Shown here: piece by piece, positions 27,364 to 34,666 of the stretch
Layout: each line of letters opens with the position of its first letter
How positions within the stretch are numbered: position 1 is the first letter of the stretch
IMG/VR virus record: IMGVR_UViG_3300017735_000003
Coordinates: 2,291 to 66,290 of that record
DNA: 64,000 nucleotides
Reading direction: 5' to 3' (one strand)
Source of the DNA: a virus
Program-made: the position numbers and the translations under genes
The notes under the pieces: model-generated
Seen by the model: the letters and a program-made list of their open reading frames with translations, nothing else
What the model was told of the DNA's origin: nothing
The model's database searches: none

Positions 27364-27452
27364 GTTTAAAAAACTTAAAAAGTTTAAAAGTTAAGTATTT
27401 AAGTATTTCACAGAACTGTGGAAAACTTTATAATTAAATAACTTTATTAACT

Positions 27453-27537
27453 GGGACTATGGTGAAATTGGTAAACACAACAGACTTAAAATCTGTCGAA
27501 CATTAAGTTCTTGTCAGTTCAATTCTGACTAGTCCTA
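27453..27537 (+). tRNA. tRNA-Leu(TAA)
   Basis: Acceptor GGGACTA/TAGTCCT; anticodon arm ACAGA-CTTAAAA-TCTGT; long variable arm. Confidence 0.92.
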
Positions 27538-27582
27538 TTGATAGTATTATAACTATCATTTGTAAACATTAAAGACTAAGAC

Positions 27583-27738
27583 ATGTCTTCAACTAAATTT
27601 GAGTATTACTTCGAGACTGACGAAGGTGACAGTCAAGAAGGTTATATTGTTGCAAACAATCACCAAACTGCTGTGAAAAAACTTAAGAAAGAGAATCGAA
27701 AACTTAAGATCACCTATCTAGATGTACAACCAACCTAA
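27583..27738 (+). CDS. Small hypothetical protein
   Basis: 51-aa ORF read by hand. Confidence 0.55.
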   Translation: MSSTKFEYYFETDEGDSQEGYIVANNHQTAVKKLKKENRKLKITYLDVQPT

Positions 27739-27752
27739 TTTATTTGAAGACA

Positions 27753-27998
27753 ATGAAAGAACAATCTGACAACTATGTGGTCTGTGAAGGGTATGCTTAC
27801 TGGGAAAAGGATGGCAACTACTTCACAACAACCGTTGACAAACGTAAGAATATCGACTGGAAGAATGCTTCTAGAATTGATATTAAATCCCCTGGTGGAC
27901 TTGATATCTCTAATATACATCAACTGTATGATTGTCTCCACACAATCAAATCAGCACAGCGACAGTTACTTAACGAAACTCGTAAAATCGCCGTTTAA
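27753..27998 (+). CDS. Hypothetical protein
   Basis: 81-aa ORF. Confidence 0.6.
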   Translation: MKEQSDNYVVCEGYAYWEKDGNYFTTTVDKRKNIDWKNASRIDIKSPGGLDISNIHQLYDCLHTIKSAQRQLLNETRKIAV

Positions 27999-28002
27999 TA
28001 GT

Positions 28003-28155
28003 ATGCATGAAACAACACTAGATCTCTTCTGTGGTGATGATAACTCAGACGAAGAGAATCATATGTTCGCAGAAGAATTCGCTGCTAGTTTAGAAGAACG
28101 TGCTGCATTCTATGAAGTTACTGTAGACTACTACATGGAGGAGTTTCTAACATAA
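28003..28155 (+). CDS. Small acidic hypothetical protein
   Basis: 'ERAAFYEVTVDYYMEEF'; start reassigned to ATG 28003. Confidence 0.6.
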   Translation: MHETTLDLFCGDDNSDEENHMFAEEFAASLEERAAFYEVTVDYYMEEFLT

Positions 28156-28171
28156 ACTGGTCAGCCGCCCG

Positions 28172-28229
28172 TGGACGATTGGTTAACTGTCACATGGTAG
28201 CAGGTCAGCGGTGGGGGATGCTGTAGGAT
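28172..28229 (+). promoter_or_regulatory. Early promoter motif copy 7
   Basis: TGGACGATTGGTTAACTGTCAC, 30 nt, TAGGAT. Confidence 0.72.
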
Positions 28230-28252
28230 GACTTCAGTTGAGAGAAAAACCA

Positions 28253-28420
28253 ATGTGGGACGAAATTCAGGACATGATGGGCGAAATCTTTGACTTTGGA
28301 GATGTGACCGATGACATCCCGTCCATCCTCTCGTTTGACTGTGACATCGATGATCGGGACGCCATGCCCTTGGACATGCAGGAGGACATTGAGAAGGAAG
28401 ACCCTCTGCTGGACGATTGA
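28253..28420 (+). CDS. Very acidic small early protein
   Basis: 'MWDEIQDMMGEIFD...'; Asp/Glu-rich. Confidence 0.65.
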   Translation: MWDEIQDMMGEIFDFGDVTDDIPSILSFDCDIDDRDAMPLDMQEDIEKEDPLLDD

Positions 28421-28466
28421 CTAACTGTCACCCTAGCGTGGCACAGCACTCAAAATCCTCTATTGT
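28410..28466 (+). promoter_or_regulatory. Early promoter motif copy 8
   Basis: TGGACGATTGACTAACTGTCAC, 29 nt, TATTGT. Confidence 0.7.
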
Positions 28467-28472
28467 AGACAC

Positions 28473-28706
28473 ATGAACAAATTCAAAGATCCTTGCACCA
28501 TGGCACTTGAGACCGATGAGGTTCTGATGAACATCCACAACCCCTACGTGGCGAACCTGGTTGAGATGGGATACGACCGGGCAGACTGTGAGATGGTCGC
28601 TGCTGCTGGTCGTGATGCCTCCTATCCTCGCACGATCTACGGTCGGACCTTTGACACCAAGGAAGAATACGATGAGGCACTCGCAGATTATCTTAATGGT
28701 CTGTGA
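28473..28706 (+). CDS. Hypothetical early protein
   Basis: 77-aa ORF after the promoter motif. Confidence 0.7.
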   Translation: MNKFKDPCTMALETDEVLMNIHNPYVANLVEMGYDRADCEMVAAAGRDASYPRTIYGRTFDTKEEYDEALADYLNGL

Positions 28707-28741
28707 TCGCATTCTGTCCCGTCATCCTCTACAATAGCATC

Positions 28742-28924
28742 ATGCAAACACTTCACGACAATTTTCGCGCTTGCCTCGTTGCCCTTCCAACGTTCATGAA
28801 GCACCACGACCCAACGTTCATGGAGTCTGTTGAGTGGGTTCTTCGTCAGTGTGGTTGGTGCTATATCTCCAACACTGAATGGAAGATCTTAGAGGCACAC
28901 TACGAGCACCACTGTGCCGACTGA
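28742..28924 (+). CDS. Hypothetical early protein
   Basis: 60-aa ORF after TACAAT. Confidence 0.6.
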   Translation: MQTLHDNFRACLVALPTFMKHHDPTFMESVEWVLRQCGWCYISNTEWKILEAHYEHHCAD

Positions 28925-28970
28925 CTAAGTGTCACACAAAATAGGCACTGCACCCCAGATGCCTTATATT
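28914..28970 (+). promoter_or_regulatory. Early promoter motif copy 9
   Basis: GTGCCGACTGACTAAGTGTCAC, 29 nt, TATATT. Confidence 0.72.
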
Positions 28971-28998
28971 GAACAAGTCAACCAAACCGACACCAAAC

Positions 28999-29325
28999 AT
29001 GCGTAAGATCGAAACCCAGATGAACGCCGCCATCAAAGGCAACGCCAACTGGAAACTGAAGAACACGACTGTCACCACGACCGATGGTGTCTCAGAAGTT
29101 CGCCTTCATGGTAACTTGATCGCTAAAGTGGGCGATGATTTCGTCACCGTCTTTGATGGCGGTTGGCAGTCTACCACGACAAAATCACGTTTGAACGCGA
29201 TCATCAACGAATTCTGCAACGCTTTCACCGATGGTGTTTTTCAGAAGGATTTCGCCTGGTATGTTCGCGACAACAAAGTGACTCATGATTTCGTCAATGG
29301 TTACACCTTCGCTGAGTTCGCCTGA
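28999..29325 (+). CDS. Hypothetical early protein (MRKIE...)
   Basis: 'LHGNLIA..DGGWQSTTTKSRLNAI' pattern familiar from phage early regions. Confidence 0.8.
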   Translation: MRKIETQMNAAIKGNANWKLKNTTVTTTDGVSEVRLHGNLIAKVGDDFVTVFDGGWQSTTTKSRLNAIINEFCNAFTDGVFQKDFAWYVRDNKVTHDFVNGYTFAEFA

Positions 29326-29327
29326 GA

Positions 29328-29372
29328 AATTGGCACATGGGGGCAAGCGTTGCCCCTCACAGCCCCTATAAT
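29328..29372 (+). promoter_or_regulatory. Early promoter motif copy 10 (half site)
   Basis: AATTGGCAC, 30 nt including hairpin GGGGCAA-GCG-TTGCCCC, TATAAT. Confidence 0.7.
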
Positions 29373-29396
29373 AAGGACATCAAACGAACCGACACC

Positions 29397-29678
29397 ATGC
29401 GTTTCAAAATCAACTCTGACCAATCCAGTTCAGTTCACAGTCTCAAAGTCAATCCTATCACGGGAACCGCTCGCGTGAAATGGGGCAAGGCAACGAATTG
29501 TGAGTATCGCTGCACCAGGGTGTCCCGTCGTAAGATCCTCGCTCTGATCCTGGATTCAGATCGTTCGCTCGGTCGTTGGGTTAACCGCCATGCACAGTGG
29601 AAAGACTACGCCATCAAAGGCACCAACGTCTTTCGGAATATTTCCATTGCTCCTTCTGAACTGACGGGGTGGAACTGA
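29397..29678 (+). CDS. KTSC-like early protein
   Basis: 'SSSVHSLKV..ARVKW..Y..VS..SLGRWVN'. Confidence 0.55.
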   Translation: MRFKINSDQSSSVHSLKVNPITGTARVKWGKATNCEYRCTRVSRRKILALILDSDRSLGRWVNRHAQWKDYAIKGTNVFRNISIAPSELTGWN

Positions 29679-29680
29679 TC

Positions 29681-29854
29681 ATGCAACGTACAGGATTTTT
29701 CATTCACAGCGACAACCCCTCCCCTCTGATGACCAAGGTCATGGAGGACATTCAACGCCAGCACCTGGCAGAGACCGAACGCCGCCAACGCATCAGAGCA
29801 GGACTTGAGCCAGGTGGACAGTGGGGAACCTGGCACATCAGCGACAGACATTGA
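29681..29854 (+). CDS. Hypothetical early protein
   Basis: 57-aa ORF. Confidence 0.6.
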   Translation: MQRTGFFIHSDNPSPLMTKVMEDIQRQHLAETERRQRIRAGLEPGGQWGTWHISDRH

Positions 29855-29898
29855 TCGCTGACCGACTAGACTTTAAAAGAACAAACGAACAAAGCATC

Positions 29899-30147
29899 AT
29901 GAACGGTTGGGCAAACTACGAAACTTGGAACGCTTCCCTGTGGATCGGAAACGATGAATTCCTGTACAACACCGCTCGCGCTTGCGTCAAGTTCTGCAGT
30001 GAGGACGAGACCCCATGGACCAAGTTCGTCCGCTGCATGACAGATGGGCAGATCGGTCGGATGCTCGGTGAGACAGCAGACGGCGTGGCATGGAATGATC
30101 CAGCGATTGACGCCGACGAGATGAACGAAATGATGGAAGAACTTTGA
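29899..30147 (+). CDS. Hypothetical early protein (NGWANYETWN...)
   Basis: 'NGWANYETWNASLWIGNDE' motif familiar from phage proteins. Confidence 0.78.
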   Translation: MNGWANYETWNASLWIGNDEFLYNTARACVKFCSEDETPWTKFVRCMTDGQIGRMLGETADGVAWNDPAIDADEMNEMMEEL

Positions 30148-30196
30148 GGGCATCCGCCCCACACCCTGACCCCTTCGCTATCCTTCTATGTACAGC

Positions 30197-30352
30197 ATGA
30201 GCACCGACATTCAGACACGCCGCATCGTCTGGACTATGAACAACGGCACAGCAGATCACCCGATCGGTTCGCCTTCCTTCGCTATCGCTGGACAGATGGC
30301 AGAGATCTGGCATGATGAGGCAATCGCCGCCATCCCCACCTTTGAGGACTGA
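30197..30352 (+). CDS. Small hypothetical protein
   Basis: 51-aa ORF read by hand. Confidence 0.5.
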   Translation: MSTDIQTRRIVWTMNNGTADHPIGSPSFAIAGQMAEIWHDEAIAAIPTFED

Positions 30353-30355
30353 GGC

Positions 30356-30547
30356 ATGGCAAAAGATCTCATTGCTCCGATCATGAGGGTCAATCAGTTC
30401 ACTCTGAAGCGTAGCAGCGGCAAGCATCTGGTTTGGCATCACTTCAGCGGTGCAACCGTGACGACGGCAAAGACACCGAGCGATCACCGAGCACTCAAGA
30501 ACATTCAGCGCGACATCAAACGAGAGTTGGCACGGGTGGCATCCTAG
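30356..30547 (+). CDS. HicA-like small basic protein
   Basis: 'FTLKRSSGKHLVWHHFSGATVTTAKTPSD..ALKNIQRDI' fits the HicA fold with a conserved His; GAGG RBS. Confidence 0.65.
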   Translation: MAKDLIAPIMRVNQFTLKRSSGKHLVWHHFSGATVTTAKTPSDHRALKNIQRDIKRELARVAS

Positions 30548-30663
30548 CACAGATCGACACCCCCTAAGGGGGGTTAATTGAAAAAACCCATACTACCCTA
30601 ACCTACAAAGGTTCCCAAACGACCGAAAGAATTCCCATCCATATAAAAAATTTTTACCCCCAC

Positions 30664-30736
30664 GCTTCCTTAGCAATCTGGTGAATGCAGCAAACTCATA
30701 ATTTGCCTAAGGAGAGTTCGATCCTCTCAGGAAGCA
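30664..30736 (+). tRNA. tRNA with CAT anticodon (elongator Met or Ile2)
   Basis: Acceptor GCTTCCT/AGGAAGC; anticodon arm GCAAA-CTCATAA-TTTGC; GTTCGATCC T-loop; no initiator hallmarks. Confidence 0.9.
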
Positions 30737-32334
30737 TTCCAATAAATTTTTCGGAGATATTCATAGTGGTTAGTAGAAATTTTTGCGAGAGCATTCCAAC
30801 GTTGTATACGGCGATCAGACTTCTCTAAGATATCGGGAAGCATAAGATGCAAGCGTTTAAGAGAAGGACCGGAACCATAGTAAGCATCTTTAGTAATTTG
30901 CCAAGGGTTGAGAGACATATGGTTCATTCCATTCATTATACAGGATGTTCCGTTATCTGACTTATCCTTACAGTCAAAGTAAGATTTTGTCAGGACTTCG
31001 GAGATATAGTAATCGTGACTGTGAAGTGGTGGCATATCTCTCTCATATGGCAGGAGGTGAGTATTATAGTCACGAGTTCTGCAATCCTTCCAATATTGTG
31101 TATCATCACGTTGAGTGAACATATAATGAGATGCAGTAAATTTTGCGAGACCATCAAAGTTTGCTCTACAGAGGATATTGAACTCATTAACTTGGAATTG
31201 ATTATACCCATCATCATTGAGAATTTCTGTAAGGCGATCAATGGTTGTGATAGTAGTAAAGAGACCAGTAGATTCTAGAGGTTCAATGAAACCCGCAGAG
31301 AGACCAACAGCGACACAGTTTTGGATCCAGAGATCTTTCTGAACACCGTTGCGAAAGTGTACATCATTATATGAAGATATTTCAGATGTCTTATAGCCTT
31401 GAGCTTTAAGGTGGGAGGTGAATTCTAACAGAGCGTCGTCTGGTGTTGTGTAGTGATCACTATACACGTAGCCTGTACCGATACGAGACCATGTAGGAGT
31501 ATTCCACACCCATCCATTACCTAGAGCGGTGCAATCTGTATAATTCTTCATTTGATTATGAATATCATTATAAGGTACTCTTGCAGTCCATGCACGATTG
31601 TTAGGAATAATATCAGAATATGATATCCACTCAGCTTTAAGTTTATTAAGTAGAAGAGATTTAAACCCAGTGCAATCAATAAAGAGATCAGCATGAACTA
31701 GATCACCATTCTTTAATTGGACAGATTCAATTCCATCATCATTTAAATTGATATCAGTAACAGTAGAGGAGATATGTTGAACATTACGAGGAATGCAGAC
31801 ATGATCACGAAGATAATCAGCGAACATGATGGCATCAAAATGAAATGCATATGCGCGTGAGAGATCTAGATTAGCGAACTCTTTATTTTCATTAAAATTA
31901 ATTGTGTTGCTATGACATAGTGCTACTGCAGGCCAGTAAGAATCTGCAAAATAAGAGTTAGGTAATTCTGGATATTTCCACTTAAGATATTGGAAAGCGT
32001 TAATACCTAATTCTTGAAATATTTGTTTGTCTGGAGATGATGAACCGAAGGGATAATGAAAACCCTTGTCATCTTTTTTATAGAACTGATTAAATTTAAT
32101 ACTAAGTTTATATGTTCCATCACAATAACGAAATAGATCAGTAGGATTAATACCTGCTGAGTGTAACCAAAAGGTGAAATGTTCTAATGTACTTTCCCCG
32201 ACACCAATTCTTGGAATGTCTGGACTTTCGATAACAGTAATTTTTTTATTAGGAAAGAATTGACTTAAAGATGATGCTGTCATCCACCCAGATGATCCAC
32301 CACCCACAATTACAATACTATCCGAACAATTCAT
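30727..32334 (-). CDS. Flavin-dependent (tryptophan-type) halogenase
   Basis: 'IVGGGSSGW', 'IGVGEST', catalytic-Lys region 'GTYKLSIKF', 'FIDCTGF', 'GWVWNTP', 'GFIEPLESTG'. Confidence 0.92.
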   Translation of the reverse strand: MNCSDSIVIVGGGSSGWMTASSLSQFFPNKKITVIESPDIPRIGVGESTLEHFTFWLHSAGINPTDLFRYCDGTYKLSIKFNQFYKKDDKGFHYPFGSSSPDKQIFQELGINAFQYLKWKYPELPNSYFADSYWPAVALCHSNTINFNENKEFANLDLSRAYAFHFDAIMFADYLRDHVCIPRNVQHISSTVTDINLNDDGIESVQLKNGDLVHADLFIDCTGFKSLLLNKLKAEWISYSDIIPNNRAWTARVPYNDIHNQMKNYTDCTALGNGWVWNTPTWSRIGTGYVYSDHYTTPDDALLEFTSHLKAQGYKTSEISSYNDVHFRNGVQKDLWIQNCVAVGLSAGFIEPLESTGLFTTITTIDRLTEILNDDGYNQFQVNEFNILCRANFDGLAKFTASHYMFTQRDDTQYWKDCRTRDYNTHLLPYERDMPPLHSHDYYISEVLTKSYFDCKDKSDNGTSCIMNGMNHMSLNPWQITKDAYYGSGPSLKRLHLMLPDILEKSDRRIQRWNALAKISTNHYEYLRKIYWNAS

Positions 32335-32408
32335 AACAAGAGACTTTCATAACATTATACTATATATTTTCTAAAAATGCTATATAAAATTAATTAAACA
32401 AAATAGTT

Positions 32409-32576
32409 ATGGAAAGTATTCATATAGATTTGTCAGAGCATGAGATGGATGTAGTTCTGAATGCATTAGAGATTGCTGTCGATAATGCTGACGAGTATGA
32501 CAGTGGTGAGTATGAGGAAGTATTGTTTGGCGTACAGCGAAAGCTTGACGAACAGTATGAGCTTGATGTAGAATAG
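32409..32576 (+). CDS. Small acidic hypothetical protein
   Basis: 55-aa ORF read by hand. Confidence 0.55.
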   Translation: MESIHIDLSEHEMDVVLNALEIAVDNADEYDSGEYEEVLFGVQRKLDEQYELDVE

Positions 32577-32595
32577 TAGTTTACCGTTAGTAAAA

Positions 32596-32832
32596 ATGCC
32601 TTACAAGATTTACAGTAAGAGAAATTGTTCTTACTGTGCCACTATCAAGAAAGTTTTAGAACAGGTAGGGGAGAGTTATATTGAATTAACATTAGATAAT
32701 AATTTTACGAAGGAAGAATTTATTAGGAAGTTTGGATATGGGGCATCGTTTCCGAAAGTAATGGAAGGGGAGCAATTAATTGGTGGAGCGAATGAAACTA
32801 TCATGCATTTGCGAAAGCAAGGATTAGTATGA
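32596..32832 (+). CDS. nrdC: Glutaredoxin
   Basis: CSYC active site, 'SFPKV', 'LIGG'. Confidence 0.9.
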   Translation: MPYKIYSKRNCSYCATIKKVLEQVGESYIELTLDNNFTKEEFIRKFGYGASFPKVMEGEQLIGGANETIMHLRKQGLV

Positions 32833-32975
32833 AGGTAGGAGTTCAAATTGGAGAGAATAGCGAGATCATCTTCGATAGTTATGATGAAGCAATGGATTAC
32901 ATTGAAGTTGTTATACCAGAGGTAGAATCGTTAAATATAAGTACCGATGACATTAAGGTAAAGTATTATGGCTAA
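32829..32975 (+). CDS. Small hypothetical protein
   Basis: 48-aa ORF read by hand, overlapping neighbours on both sides. Confidence 0.5.
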   Translation: MKVGVQIGENSEIIFDSYDEAMDYIEVVIPEVESLNISTDDIKVKYYG

Positions 32976-33150
32976 GAAATGGCATATCAGAGAAAAGAAC
33001 TCTTCACGTTATGTTGAGGGTGATTGGATCTATTACGTTCAGGGTAACGTCTGGGGTGGGTTTGAAAAAGCAAATTATTGGAGAACCAAAAAAGCAGCAA
33101 CAGCTTATCTTACTGACATTTTGAAGAGAGGTGAAGTTTATGGCGAATGA
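32968..33150 (+). CDS. Hypothetical protein
   Basis: 60-aa ORF in the operon. Confidence 0.6.
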   Translation: MAKKWHIREKNSSRYVEGDWIYYVQGNVWGGFEKANYWRTKKAATAYLTDILKRGEVYGE

Positions 33151-33337
33151 AGAATACTTTGACTTCGAGGAGGTGCTAGCCCGCCTAAATAATCTCGAAG
33201 TAGTTGTATCACAGTTAGCTACTCCAGAGTTGAATTATAAACGACCTGGAAGCGAAGAGTATGAAAAACTTACTGATACATTAGATTATCTCCATAATAA
33301 GATAGCAGAACTAGAAAACAAATGTCATACACCATAG
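33140..33337 (+). CDS. Hypothetical coiled-coil protein
   Basis: 65-aa ORF ('YKRPGSEEYEKLTDTLDYL'). Confidence 0.65.
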   Translation: MANEEYFDFEEVLARLNNLEVVVSQLATPELNYKRPGSEEYEKLTDTLDYLHNKIAELENKCHTP

Positions 33338-34353
33338 TATACAGTGATTATAATGGTCTCCCTGGCGGAGCAGGTAACTACGATTATTTAAGTGGTGCTC
33401 AGGCACCAATACTACCTGCTGTAGATTTATTCAACAGTTTTAATTTTGAGATCAAGGCAACGACAGCAGAAGTTGCTACACCTCCGACACAGAAGACTGG
33501 TGCAGGAAAAGATGGTCGCACATATAGTAATTCAACAAACTACAGGACTAGAGGTACTAGGTATGGTTCTAGCACCGCTAAACCTCAAGGAGCATATCGC
33601 GGTGTCCATGTTGCTCGTATTCCTACCGATGTGAGATGGGTAGATACCAATGGTCCTAATGGTGATGGTATCGCACAGAATGAGAAGGGTGATTGGTTTA
33701 GTCGTGAAGTGCTATCTAAATCAGATGGAAAAGGTGGTGGTGTTACTTTTGTAAAAAATCCAACACCATCAGGTAATACTAGTTTTTCATTTGTTACGAA
33801 TACAGAAGAAGAAACAGCAGCAGAATCATTTACTGTTCTTGATTGGAATAGTTTAAGTATTCAAGGTTCTTATAATGGTGGTGTATTCTGTTATAATGAA
33901 TTTGCATATATCGATGAGGATCCAAATACCTATGGAAATGCAGACTACACAACTCAGACGTATGAGGTAACTAGTTTATATGAATTACCAGAAAAGTTTG
34001 ATCAACTTTATAAATTTGTTCCTGATCAGCGAGAGAGCACAACACTTACATTTACAATTGAAGTAGATTGGCAAGTCTTCATTAGTTATGGTGCATATGC
34101 AGGATTAATTAGTGCATCAAATCAGGCAAAGATTTTAGATAGAATGGGATATACTAATGCTACTCAAACTGGAACTGATGTTCACACAATCACTCATACA
34201 ATTAATAATGATACTCGTCATTGGCCTAAGATCTTAGAAGAGATTCTAGCAACCAGGCAAAGATCACAGGAGGAACAGAATGAGCGTCTCGGACAAACAT
34301 TCCCCACTACTGAAATTGAAATTACAACATCTAAAAAAATAGGGGCAGAATAA
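33322..34353 (+). CDS. Hypothetical, probably virion-associated protein
   Basis: 343-aa Thr/Gly-rich ORF directly upstream of PAAR. Confidence 0.7.
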   Translation: MSYTIVYSDYNGLPGGAGNYDYLSGAQAPILPAVDLFNSFNFEIKATTAEVATPPTQKTGAGKDGRTYSNSTNYRTRGTRYGSSTAKPQGAYRGVHVARIPTDVRWVDTNGPNGDGIAQNEKGDWFSREVLSKSDGKGGGVTFVKNPTPSGNTSFSFVTNTEEETAAESFTVLDWNSLSIQGSYNGGVFCYNEFAYIDEDPNTYGNADYTTQTYEVTSLYELPEKFDQLYKFVPDQRESTTLTFTIEVDWQVFISYGAYAGLISASNQAKILDRMGYTNATQTGTDVHTITHTINNDTRHWPKILEEILATRQRSQEEQNERLGQTFPTTEIEITTSKKIGAE

Positions 34354-34354
34354 C

Positions 34355-34666
34355 ATGTCATTAAGAGCTGCTGGCAGGATCGGAGATGTTTATATAAAGA
34401 GATGTAGCACACCAGTGCAAGGCACAGGTTCTCCAAAAGTTTTTATGGAACAACTTGCTGCTAGTAGAATTGGTGATAAAACTCTTCCTTATCAGGAAAT
34501 AGTCCCATGTCCGAAATGTTGTAAGACTCATACAGCAACTGTTCTTTCTGGTTCTCCCAAGGTCTTTGCTACGGGTTCAGCAGTAGAGGCGATTGGTGAT
34601 ATGGCATTGGGTATTACTGGATCATTTTCTTTACTTAAAGGTGCTCCAACAGTATTTGTAATATGA
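34355..34666 (+). CDS. PAAR-repeat spike tip protein (gp5.4-like)
   Basis: 'AAGRIGD', 'GSPKVF..AASRIGD', 'GAPTVF' repeats and Cys/His zinc ligands. Confidence 0.88.
   Translation: MSLRAAGRIGDVYIKRCSTPVQGTGSPKVFMEQLAASRIGDKTLPYQEIVPCPKCCKTHTATVLSGSPKVFATGSAVEAIGDMALGITGSFSLLKGAPTVFVI

Larger units (their letters stand above)
26976..27425. other. Non-coding DnaA-box cluster, candidate replication origin
   Basis: TTTTCCACA 26976, TGTGGATAA 26989, TGTGGAAAA 27000, TGTGGAATA 27012, TATTTCACA 27404, TGTGGAAAA 27417; AT-rich tracts; no ORF. Confidence 0.6.

Noticed and set aside
12450-29372. Dispersed palindromic repeats as a CRISPR array
   Set aside because: Copies are degenerate, hundreds to thousands of bases apart and tied to -10 boxes; no cas genes.
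29987-30550. 187-aa minus-strand ORF
   Set aside because: Antisense to three coherent + strand genes in a GC-rich stretch where stops are rare.
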